Translations under genes and position numbers: made by a program
Source: Lama guanicoe
Taxonomy: Eukaryota
Assembly (NCBI GenBank): GCA_013239625.1
Contig: MU053652.1
Location: 6,129,902-6,193,901 of the forward strand
Length of the DNA stretch: 64,000 nucleotides
Direction of reading: 5' to 3'
The notes under the pieces: model-generated
Told to the model about the DNA's origin: nothing
What the model saw: only the letters and a program-made list of their open reading frames with translations
Database searches by the model: none
Shown here: piece by piece, positions 25,695 through 37,023 of the stretch
How positions within the stretch are numbered: the first letter of the stretch is position 1
How the letters are laid out: each line of letters begins with the position of its first letter

Positions 25695-26144
25695 CATGGG
25701 TAGCATATGTAATAAATGGTGATGTTTCCCACGTGTGCCTCCATCTTCTTCCGCATGCGGCTCCTCTCCTTCATTTGGGGGAGATGTTGACCCTATGCTG
25801 ATCTTCACTGCTTCCTCATGCTGAGATTGGCCATAGTCATTGTTCCCATTACCTACTGAATTCCTTCCATGTACTTGGTATTTAATATTACCCTATTTCA
25901 TGCATTCTCGGTAGAGGTGAAACATGGGTAGCATATGTAATAAATGGTGATATTTCCCACGCCTCCATCTTCTTCCGCATGCGGCTCCTCTCCTTAATTT
26001 GGGGGAGATGTTGACCCCATGCTGATCTTCACTGCTTCCTCATGCTGAGATTGGCCACAGTCATTGTTCCCATTACCTACTGAATTCCTTCCAGGTACTT
26101 GGTATTTAATATTACCCTATTTCATGCATTCTCGGTAGAGGTGA
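25695..26144. repeat. Tandem duplication of a ~225-bp unit (25695-25920; 25923-26144)
   Basis: Direct comparison shows 5 substitutions and one 4-bp indel between the copies. Confidence 0.97.
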
Positions 26145-26355
26145 TACTGGCCCTCAGAGGATTAAAATTGGTTTTGGGGGAAGTAGCATAAATATCTTAC
26201 TCTCTTAATATACAAAGTACCAATAAGTATTTAATACATAAAGAGATATTCAGTATATCTGGGGTGTTAAAATTTCCTTATGGAGAAATTGGAAAAAAAA
26301 TGTCTGAAGAGGTTCCTCGGGGCCAGCAATGTGAAAAAGCGGGTGAGAAGCACTG
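26123..26355. mobile_element. hAT-Charlie MITE (MER112-like)
   Basis: CATGCATTCTC...AAAATTGGTTTTGGGGG...CAGTATATCTGGGGTGTTAAAATTTC...GGTGAGAAGCACTG matches the recalled MER112-type consensus. Confidence 0.6.
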
Positions 26356-27761
26356 CTCTGTGTAAGGGCAGGACCCCACGTTCTCCTGCAGCCACCCTAC
26401 TAGGACTGCAACAGAAAGCCTCGAGGTGAAATGACTTGTCCAAGGTCACCAAGTCAGTGAGTGATAGTCATATAAGTGAAACAGATCTCTGAGTGATTTT
26501 TACTTTCAGAGGGAGGGGTTGACAAATTACAGATGTTATAGAAAAAGCAATTGGCCACCAATACTTCTTGTCATGGAGGAGGAATCAGAAGGCCTCAGAT
26601 TAGTCTTATGTGCACCAGTAATGTATGAAATGTCACTTATCCTTTCTAGCCCTCAAGTGCCTGATCTGTAAAATCTGTAGATTTTCCCTTTCTCTCTCTC
26701 TTTTCCTGCCTCTTTTCTTCTCTCCTTCCTTTCTTCTTTCCTTCCAGTTTTGATACCAAAACTCCGTTTCACAAATGAAATCTCTTGTGAGATAACCAAA
26801 TACAAAGATGAAGAGACATGGCTCTGGCCACAGCGTCACTCCAGCTTGCTACCCGCACCCCAGCAATCATTAAGGAACTTAGAACTCTTGAGCCCTGTGG
26901 CACCCAGTTAGAAGACCACCGAATTCAGTCCCTTCCAGTTTTGAAGTCTTTGACTTTGGACTTGTGTTCTGAAGGGGTGACTGAGTTGACCAAAAGTCAC
27001 TGTGCAAACAGTGTTGGCACTGTGCACATATGCCTAGTCAGAGACAGGGCCTTTTCATCACTGGTCGCCTCAAGAGTGAGTTGTTATTGGTGGACACACA
27101 TAGCAACACATCAATGTATATCTAAACGTTAACTTACAAAGCAGAAAGCTCTGATTACGTTTGCTGACATTCATTAGCAGGAAATCTGTCAGCGATTGTC
27201 ACAGGAATCTTTCAACTGGGGGACCTCAGTTACTATCCTACTTTTAAGATTCTGGATAGTTGGTTTCTACACCACATACAATTAATTAGCAAACTTAGAA
27301 TGGAAAATGGTCAAGACTTTTCGCGGTGTCAGATCTCTTCCGATTGTTGTTAACCATCATTGCTGCAGGCTCAGTAGCCTCCCCCCGGATCGGTGCATTT
27401 TAATCTGCTCGCCCCACTTAGTGCTAACGCCTTTGGGTTTTCTTCATTCCTATTTATATTTCTGGTTTCTGACTTTGCCGTTAAGTTTGGGCAAACCTTG
27501 GCTTGCTGAGCTGGCTGTCGGCCAGTTTTCTGTTCCAAAGCCCCCTCACGGACTGCCCTCTGCTTCGCAGAGCACTGGCTTTCAGACGTCTCACCGAGTC
27601 CTGCCTGTGGGATTGTCTCCTTCTCACTTCTTTCCTGACCTTTTGGTTAGAGCTACTGTCTCTGCCCCAGGGCTATAGCATAATTTGCAAAAGTTTTTTA
27701 TTATTAATGGGCTGTATCTACTTGAAAGAATATCCAGTGATTTTATATACATATATGTATA

Positions 27762-27783
27762 TGTGTGTGTGTGTGTGTGTGTG
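27762..27783. repeat. (TG)11 microsatellite
   Basis: Read directly. Confidence 0.9.
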
Positions 27784-28167
27784 TATAGGTTGCATTTGGT
27801 TTTTTGTTTGATTGATTTTTAATGTAATGATTTTGTTATTCTAAGAAGCCCATTAGTAAATACTCACAGGAACTTATTGATGTTGCGAACTTAACTGAGC
27901 ATATGTTTCATTAGCAGTCATCTATTTTACTCAACACAGGGTATTCACCAGTGTTCAGTTTTCTTTGGAGTACTTCTTAAACATGGCATTTTGTGCAGAG
28001 TAGCGACACATTTTCCAAAGAAGTGCAGTTTGAAGTGCCGCATTTTCAATCAGTAGCAGTGGCATTCAAATTCTATTTTTGAAGACCTGAGTTGTGGGTT
28101 TTTGGTTTGTTTTGTTGTTTTGGGTTTTATGTTTGTTTTTGTTTTTGTTTTTTTGATGATGCACTAG

Positions 28168-28197
28168 GAGCTCTTTGAAATAAAGGAAAACAAAACG
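28168..28197 (+). other. Candidate 30-nt microexon (ELFEIKENKT in its only open frame)
   Basis: Long U-rich tract, TGATGATGCACTAG acceptor and ACG|GTAAGC donor; length is a multiple of 3. No transcript evidence is available. Confidence 0.35.
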
Positions 28198-28536
28198 GTA
28201 AGCGTTTGTTTGTCTTCCTCAGGCATTTCCTTCGGGAGGACTTACATAAGGGCTTGCAAACAATTAGTATGCTACTTGCCTGTACTATTGATTTATATTT
28301 TACTGATTTTGTTTGTTTAAAGAGATTAAAAATATGAATTATGAACACAAATACCTGAGTATTTATGCTGTGGTACATTAATGGGGCTATAAAAGCACCC
28401 CCTCCAATCATTAAAATCAAGTGTGACACTGACAATTAAGCTGCATGTGATTTGCAGGTCTTCTCTAAGATTGTTTGAAATGATATTTAGTTTACATATA
28501 CTAAGTAGTGCGCCTGTCTATTTGAGCTACTGGTCA

Positions 28537-28988
28537 CGTTGCCAAAAAATCAGTCTCGGCCCCCAAAAAAGCAAATTCAGACTCAGAGGCAGACTTTTGG
28601 GAGCAAACAAAAGAGCAGCTTTATGGCTTTGCCCGGCAAAGGGAGTCACAGCTGGCTCATGTCTTAAAGACTGTGAGCCCGTCTTGGGGTTGGGGTCTTG
28701 AGGTTTTAGAGAAAAACTGAATGGAACAGAAAAGTTGATAAAACAGGGCATTTTACAGGGTGCTATATTCCTCTTAACCTCAAGGAATCTTCAGGAGGAA
28801 CGCCAGAGGGTCTGTCCATTCTTCTGAGATTATCAGCCTATTAACTCCTTCCTGGAGCATAGCCTCTGGGTTAAAGTTATTCTCAATGAAGAATGAATCA
28901 GCAAACAGTTTGACATCAGAGAAGTCAGTTTGTTAGTTTGCTTTATGCCCCTTCGGTGAGATTTCTTCTTTAAAAGATGATGACAACA
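28537..28988 (-). mobile_element. Solo LTR, ERV1-like
   Basis: (C)GTTG...CAACA inverted termini, ~450 bp, body similar in style to the LTR at 7136. The TSD is imperfect. Confidence 0.65.
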
Positions 28989-29887
28989 TACACTACTTTC
29001 CATCAGAAGACTTAGTGCATGAAAATCACAATCATGCTTCTCTCAGTAGATTCTAAACCAATTGCAAGATTAATACAGTTATTAATGAGAAAGAAAATGA
29101 TCATATTCTTACGGTAAATTAGGTTGGAAAATACAGCTTAGATCTGAGAGCTGAATGCTGGCTTCCTAACAGACACCTTGCCCTTCCCCCGTGGCCATCA
29201 ACTCTGGTTCTTGAGACTCATTATAAGAGAGAGCAAGCAGGTCTGCAGAGCTGAGACCTCCCCTGCCAGTCATGCTGTGGGAAGCTGTTCCTCGTGACAG
29301 CAGTTGCAGAAAGAAGAATGTGCCTCCAACAGCCAGCTGATTCCAAAAAGAGAGGCTGGAAGTAGCTGAGTTGTGCTGTCTTAGTGCCTTTGCCTAATCT
29401 TATCCATCAGTTAAATCATTTCCCCTTCCAGAGGGAACCACAGGGGAGGTGTCTGGACCAGAGACAGATTAGTGAGACCTCCATCGAGAGTTGATAGTGG
29501 AAAACTCTAAGGTGGCCATTATTATTCCAATTTAGAAAATGAGACAGCAGCCTGATAGAGATTAGGGACTTGGTCAATGTCACGGAGCTAGCAACCGACG
29601 GAGCAAAGCTTTAGATGCTGCACTCAGCGAGACTGTCTCTTCCAAAGCAGCACAGCTAAAACCCCATGCTAATGCACACATCTGCTCAGTTTTTCTCACA
29701 CAGAGGCTGCCATAGGATTTTTTTTTTCCCCCAACAGCTCAGACCCCATCTTCTGCTAAAATCTGTTCTTTAGGGGAAGATAATGATTACTTTCTTAGCA
29801 TATGCTTATTAATCTTTTGGTGAATGCTGCTCTCTTCCTTGTCTGGGGAAACTTCAGTCAATGTCTCTGAGCCAGGGTCCCTAGTCT

Positions 29888-30288
29888 TTTTTGTTTTTTT
29901 TTGTTTTCATATTCTTTTTCATTAAAGATGATTACAAGATATTGAATATAGTTCCCTGTGCCATGCAGAAGAAATACGGTTTTTATCTAATTTTATATGT
30001 AGTAGTTAATATTTGCAAATCTCAAACTTTCAAATTTATCCCTTCCCTCCCCCTTTCTCCTGGTAACCATAAGATTGTTTACTATGTCTGTGAATCAGTT
30101 TCTGTTTTGTGGATTAGTTCATTAGTGTCTTCTTTTTTCTTTTTTTAGATTCTTCATATGAGTGATATCATATGGTATTTTTGTTTCTCTTTCTGCCTTA
30201 CTTCACTTAGAATGACATTCTCCAGTAACATCCATGTTGCTGCAAATGGCGTTATTTTCATTCTTTTTATGGCTGAGTAGTATTCCAT
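29888..30288 (-). mobile_element. Camelid/artiodactyl L1 3' end
   Basis: T-rich start, TACAAGATATTGAATATAGTTCCCTGTGC...CTTACTTCACTTAGAATGAC...GGCTGAGTAGTATTCCAT. Confidence 0.88.
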
Positions 30289-31109
30289 CTTGTGTCCTCT
30301 GCTCTCTGCTCCCTTCTAGGGCTGCTCCTGCCCCCACTCGCCATGTGGCAGACAGTCTGGGCTCCAGATCTGATCCTTGGCTCCCCGATTCTCCTGCTGT
30401 TAGTCAAAATGTAGTTGCATTTTGTACCATAGTCTCTGGTTTCTTAAAGTCAATGTTTTTTAATCTCCATTTTCTTTCTTAAATAAATTAATACAATTAA
30501 CTTTTTTTTAAAAAGGGAGAGGGAACTTCCTAATAGAACAATTTCATTAGATGAAAGTATTTTATACACTCTAAATAAAAACTAACTCCAACGACAGCAA
30601 CACCTTCAAAACCTTCTTCAGCAAAATGGCACCCCAATACACCTTCCCAGTGCCCTCGTGCCCTCCCCATACATACAGGTGCCGATTCTCATATGTTTTA
30701 CCTTTATTCTAGTACAGATTTCTTTTTAATGGACTTTGAGAAGCATTTTAAGCAATATTCAAATGGGTTTGTCACTATAAACATTCATTTATGATTTCTG
30801 CTAGTGCTACTATTTTGATGGACAGATAATCAGAATTCTAGCTTATATATCAGCTTTGTCAAGGAAAAGAGGTCCACCTGACAGAATTACTCAACTTTGA
30901 GATTTATATATAAGGAATACCTATCGATAAATCTATCTACATCTTTATCCGTAAAATCAATGATTGTCACATAATAAAACTACTTACATTCAACATATGA
31001 GTTAAATCTAATTTTTTGATGAAAATAATTCTATTTTGTTAAATATGATTATATGGTTTCTAAGATCCAATCATATTAATAAAGACCTAGCATGAGATGA
31101 GTAGCAGGA

Positions 31110-31335
31110 ACCAGGCTTCAAGAGATAGGAAACCTGGGGTGGAGACTGCCTGTAAGATTCACTGTGTGGCACTTGTGCAAATCATATGTCCCCCACATAG
31201 CTCAAATTTCCTCATAATTAAAAAATGAGTAAGACCTTGGCTGTGTTAGGATTAAATTAAAATAAGATAATGAATGAAAAGTTCTTAGTACTGTTCCTGG
31301 CACATAAAAAGTGCTTCATGAATGCTAATTGTGTA
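31110..31335 (+). mobile_element. MIR SINE
   Basis: TTTCCTCATAATTAAAAAATGAG...GTTAGGATTAAATTAAAATAAG...CCTGGCACATAAAAAGTGCT. Confidence 0.7.
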
Positions 31336-34085
31336 ATTATAGGATAATTACATAATTAAGACTATACAATGAAAGAAAGGATAGTTTATCTTATTATTTC
31401 TCTCTGAAGTCAACTTACCTATTTAGACACCAATTTAAAAAGACAAACAAGGAAACAGGTCTTACGGAAACATATAATCTATCTGAATGATTTAAACATT
31501 CTGAAATTCATTGAAGGCTAGACTGGAAACAGAATCTTTCCACATCTACTGAGTTATTATTTTCTTATATTTCTAAAGTTTATTTCCACCATGATCTCAT
31601 CTTATTCTTTCAACAGTCCTTCTGATTATTAACCTGATTTTACAAAGAAGGCATCTGCTGCTAAGAGTAAATAAAATATATTGACCAGAAGTTCATGGAT
31701 GCTACAGGCCAAGAATCAGAAGGAGAATCTCTGTGCCCTTTTCAGTTCATTGTTGTTTGTATGATGTCCCATTACTTCCAACAGTCTGAAACTTTGTCAA
31801 AGTTGTTAAGTTCTGTACATTTACATATTTATAAGATGCAAGCACTCTAAATTTGTGAGTAATACTTTTCTTAAACTGAAGTTCCTTGAAGAAGCACATG
31901 AAGCATTTATGAAAACGCAATTGGCAAACAGCAATATCCATTGAATTGTTCTTCCCTGTAAAATGAAGATAATAGAAACACACTATTTTAGGACTTGCTT
32001 CGTTTTTGAACATTTACAGTGCTGGATTAAGTTTCATTAAAATAAAACAAGAAGATAGGCTCCACTGAGAAAATTGTCTACATTTTATGGAGAGGGAAAT
32101 TCTGTTTCTGTAAATAAAATGGTGTATCATTTCATGAAACTCGTAAGATGGCACTAATGCTTGTAGAGCAATGCTTACTTTTGAAATGTAAAGATAAGCC
32201 AATTTGGTTAGCGATTTCTAAACTCAGACTTCACAATGGATAAGGTAAATGTAGACTAAACAATTATTTCATTTATGTTTGCAATTATTGACCAAATTGC
32301 CACAGCATAGAAGAAATAGTGTAACTTCAGCGTTAAATGGTCCAAAGGTAGACACACATCCTGGGTCTGTTACACATTTGCCGCACAGCCTTGGGCGTAC
32401 TGCTTAATGTCTCTAAATTGCTGTTTCCTTGTCTTTAAAATTGAAGCCTACCAGCCTTCTTCCAGGATTAGAGATTATCTAAGTGAAGAGTCTAGAATGT
32501 AGTGCCCTTTCTACAAAAGATGGTGATTCTGTGAGTTTGGATTTCTCTGAAAGCAGAATGCTGAGCCAAAGACTTGAGGTCCCAAGGTTACTTGGGAGGA
32601 AATACCAGGAAGCGGGAGTGAGGGAGCGTGGTGAGTGAGATGGAGAAGGAAGCAGAGGTAAGCAAGGGTACGTCTGGAGTCCACGAGCACCTCATTCCCA
32701 CTGAGATCTCTGAAAAGGTAGGCTGCCGTCCCTATTTAACCATCTGCATAAAATGGGGCCAGAGAATTTGTCCAATGGCATAGTTCCTATTCTGTAAGGA
32801 TTTCTTTTTTTCAATTTCACTGTAAGAAATGCTTACCACCTTTTTGGTGAAGGTGCTATGATTATTGACTGCAAAGCTCTCTGAGGCTTGACTTTTCATT
32901 GTTAAAGCTTTAGGATTTTATGTCCAAGATGGAAGACTTTATTCAGCAAATACTGCTGTCATTTTCAAGAGACCAGTCCTCAGCATGGGAGAAAAGTGCT
33001 TTAATCAGAGGCTTATCTAAAGAGAAGGGAATGGTCACATCAGAGGATCTAAGTAGGAGAAAGAGGAATTGAATAGAACACGTATGCTGGCAAGGGTACC
33101 TTTCAGAGAGATGAGGATTTCAGAGGATGAGAATAAAACTATAAAAGGGAGAAAAAGAAGTCTAAAGGTTTTTATGAAATTTTTCTTTGTAGCGCTTTGT
33201 ATAAATATATATCATCTTTTCAGAGCCTTATTATTCCTCAAGGCTTTCAAAGTTAGATTGTTAATAACGGACCATGAGGCCCCTCTCCTTTATATGGGTT
33301 ACATGTGAGATATGTACACACATAATACTTAACCAATATTCAAGTCATCTGCTAAGTGGAGTACTATGGATTTAACTCTCAAAATGTGTCATTTATGGGT
33401 CTTAAGTCCTCCTAATTGTTGTGCTGTGCATCCAGTCATACTTGACACTGGTTTGCAATCAGTGTGCAAGTCTCAGGGTAATACTTAAACCAAAAGGTTG
33501 CATTTGAACACTACTTTGTTTACCAAAAAAACATTTCTCACCAATGTCCTCACTTAAATTTCACAGTAAGGAGCATTTCACTGTTACAGACAAAGGGACT
33601 CAAATACTTTTTGTGGTTGCTCTGAGTCCATATGGTTTTCTAAGTCTGTACTGTGTGGACACTTAAATGTAGTTTTTCTTTTCCTGGTCCAGTTTTCTTT
33701 CCACTATAAATAGCTACATTATCATAATATTTGTATACTATGAGTTGTACATTGCTTTATAAATTGATATTCCATATTATAAGTATATCTTTGATATATA
33801 TTGATTACCCAAAATAAAAGGTATTATGAAAATAATTTATAATATTATAATATTTCCTATATAAAGATATTTGCATATACAGAGACTGTATATTTGTGAC
33901 CTACTCTAAAAACATTGATTTATAAAATTCAGGATATTATTAATATCATTATTATTATATGCTCAAATCTGTGAAAAGTACTATAGTAAAATCGGAAGAC
34001 ATATAAGGCAATACTTCCCTGTAGAGATTTTACAGTTTACTTTGGTAGATAATTCTAATTCCCAAAGAAAAATCATAATTAGCAT

Positions 34086-34140
34086 ATTTATTAGTCAGTG
34101 TTATCCTGAGAATAGAACCAATAGGAGATAGATGACAGAC

Positions 34141-34181
<41 letters not shown>

Positions 34182-34656
34182 TAAGAAAGGATTTATTATG
34201 GAAATTGGCTAACCTGATTATGAAGGCCAAGAAGTCCCATGACCTGCCATTTACAAGCCGGGGAACCTGGAAAGCCAGTGGTATAATCCAGTCTGAAGGC
34301 CCAGTCCTAGACCAAAGGCGTGAGAATGGAAGACATGTGGGAGAGGGGTGGGGCGGTATGAGTCCTGGTCTGAATCTGAAGCACTAGGAGCGCTGGTGTC
34401 CAAGAGCAGGAGAAGATGGATGTCCCAGGTCAAACAAAGAGAGCAAATTCATCCTCTGCCTTTTTGTTTTGCTTAGCCCCTCAACAGATCCGACAATGCT
34501 GACCAGCCTTGGTGAGGGCGCACTTCTTTACTCACGAGGTTTACTGATTCAAATGCCAATCTCTTCTGGATACATCCTCACAGACATACCCAGAAATAAT
34601 GTTGTAACAGCTGTCTGGGGCACAGTCGCATTGACACATAAAATTAACCATCAACA
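34086..34656 (-). mobile_element. MLT2-type ERVL solo LTR containing an (AGAT)n expansion
   Basis: ATTAGTCAGTGTTATCCTGAGAATAGAACCAATAGG...GGAAATTGGCT...GAAGTCCCATGACCTGCC...TTGACACATAAAATTAACCATCA matches antisense MLT2. Confidence 0.85.
34141..34180. repeat. (AGAT)10 tetranucleotide microsatellite
   Basis: Read directly. Confidence 0.95.
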
Positions 34657-34891
34657 TACAATCATATGCCGGATCTGATACTGTAGAAACATGTGAATGG
34701 AAATGAATTGGGCCAGATCTTGAAAGAAGAAAATGTTTATATATGATGAAGACTGGGAAAGGACATGAAATTAGGAGGTGAGAGAAAAAGACCTGTTTTT
34801 CAAGTGATAAAACTGGTTTAATTCAGCAATAGAGTGGAACCAGATTATGCATAGATGTTAGCCACAGGAATTTGGACTGGAGTCTTTAGCA

Positions 34892-36327
34892 TAGCATTTT
34901 CCCAAATGTGGCCTGAAGACACTTGGGGAGCCTCTGAAACATTTTAAGTGTCTGCGACATAAAACCTGTTTTCATAATAATACTAAGATACCATCTTTTA
35001 AAATTTTTGGCTTGATATTTGTACAATTGGTGCAAAAGTGCTTGTTAAAACTGCTGGCATCTTAACATGAATCAAGACACCAACACCAAAACTATTATTA
35101 GTTGTTGTATTTATTACCACCATGCACTTACATTTATGGGGAAAAAAAAAGAAAAAAGCAGTTTCAGCTGAGTGCTATTGATGAAGCAGTCAGAATTATC
35201 AGTTGTATAAAATCTCAATTTACCAGGTTTCTACATGATGAAAAAAGTACTTCCAATACTTACCAAAGTATGATTTGTTGTCTTATGGAAGAAATCTTAC
35301 ATGAGATTAAGTTGCAAGCTGAACTAGCTGCTTTTCTTAGGAAGTGCCATTTTGACTTGAAGGACTGACTGACAGACTAATTACAGTTATTCTAACTTAC
35401 TTATATGGCAGATATTTCCTTCAAATGAATGGAATAAGCTTGTCACTTCGAGGAAAACAACTGACAGTATTTGTTGCCAATGATAAAGTTTTAGCTTTCA
35501 AGCAAAAAAGTAGAATTTTGGAAAACTTGTACTATTAATGTGAGCTTGATAAATTTTCAATTCTTAAAGACTTTTCTAATGAGATCAATGGTGACATTAA
35601 CAAGTGTAAATTTTGCTACTGTATAAGGAAACGTGCCAACATGAAAGGCTTGTATAACTTAGTGAACCACTATTTCCTGGATGATAAATACATGGTGTTA
35701 CAAGATCATGCATGGATGGAAGATTCATTCAGGATACGAAATAGACCAATGGCTTTTAATGTAGTAGCATATGGAAGTTCATTGATATTTCCTTGGTTTC
35801 TGCATTACCACTAACCTTTAAGAAACTACTACAGTAAAGTCATTGGATAGTATCAAAGAAGGCTATCTATAATGATCTGAAAAGGCTATTAAAATACGCC
35901 TCCATTTTCCAACTATATTATGTGCACAAGGTGAACTTTCTTTATACACTTTAACCAAGATATGACCATAAATTGAATATAGAAGAATCCAGTTGTCTTG
36001 TATCAAGTCAAGAATTAAAAATATTTGTAAAAATGTAAAAATTGCCACTACTTAATCATGTTTTAAATAAATACATATTTATTATATTTTATATAAATAT
36101 AATATGAATACATGTTTTTAAAATGTGTTAATTTTTAAATACATAATGGCTAAATGTTGTTAAATCTTTGTTTAAAATAAATTCATAGTTTCTTTAAATT
36201 TCTATTTTAATTTCAAATATTATAAATTTTGATAGCTATAACCCATATGACCAAAAGCACTTAGGTATCTTTAGTAGTCTGTCAGATTTGTAAAAGTTCT
36301 GAAGGCCAAAAGGGCTGAGAACTGCTG
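34892..36327. mobile_element. Charlie1a-like hAT DNA transposon (internally deleted, decayed transposase fragments)
   Basis: Degenerate TIRs (TAGCATTTTCCC...GAGAACTGCTG), 8-bp TSD CTTTAGCA / CTTTGGCA, ~1.44 kb; ORF 35102-35368 (DEAVRIISCIKS...ELAAFLRKCHFDLKD) resembles Charlie transposase. Confidence 0.85.
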
Positions 36328-36693
36328 CTTTGGCAGAAGGGTAACTACAGAAGATTTTTGAGTCTTCAGGTGTGTCTCCCTGATTTTCAGCTTTAAAACT
36401 CCAATAGAAAGCTCTGTTGCTAATTCTTTTTTTAATCCCCTTAAAGACCAAGCTCTTTAACATTCTTCAATGTTTCATGTGAAGACGTCTGTGAAAATAC
36501 TTTAGCTTTCTTTCCCCAGACACCACTCACCATCTTACATATTACCATTACTTATAGGAATCAACGCATCCTGTCATGCTATGTTACACTCTCATGCCTT
36601 TGCTCCTGCTGTTCCTTTGCCTGGAAACCCTTCCTGCTTTTTTATTTTTTTATTTTTTTCGCCTGTATCTGACTTTTCTATCAAGACCAAGCT

Positions 36694-37023
36694 TGGTATT
36701 TTTCTTTCTCTTTCTGGCTTACTTCACTTAGAATGACGATCTCCAGATCCATCCAAATGGCTTTTTTATGGCTGAGTAGTATTCCATTGCATAAATATAC
36801 CATAGCTTCTTTATCTAGTCCTCTGCAAATATTAACTATATGTAAAATAGATTAAAAACAAATTTCTTCTGTATAGCACAGGGAACTATATTCACTATTC
36901 TGTAGTAACCCATAATGAAAAAGAATTTGAAAATGAATATATGTATGTATGTGTATGATTGAAATATCATGCTTTACACCAAAAATGGATACATTGTAAC
37001 TGACTATACTTCAATTAAAAAAA
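36694..37023. mobile_element. 5'-inverted (twin-primed) L1 3' end inserted in an L2 fragment
   Basis: 36694-36825 is antisense L1 3' region; 36824-37023 is the sense L1 terminus ending in poly-A. Confidence 0.8.

Noticed and set aside
25695..26144. Direct repeats that might suggest a CRISPR-like array
   Set aside because: There are only two long adjacent copies and no spacers, in a mammalian context; this is a simple tandem duplication.
27708..27811. ATG GGC TGT ATC... reading MGCIYLKE, similar to a Src-family (YES-like MGCIKSKE) acylation N-terminus
   Set aside because: No splice donor follows; the frame runs into a (TG)n microsatellite and stops. The resemblance is most likely chance.
35102..35368. 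Transposase-like ORF that might be a domesticated gene
   Set aside because: It is a short fragment within a decayed Charlie1a-type element with many stops and frameshifts.
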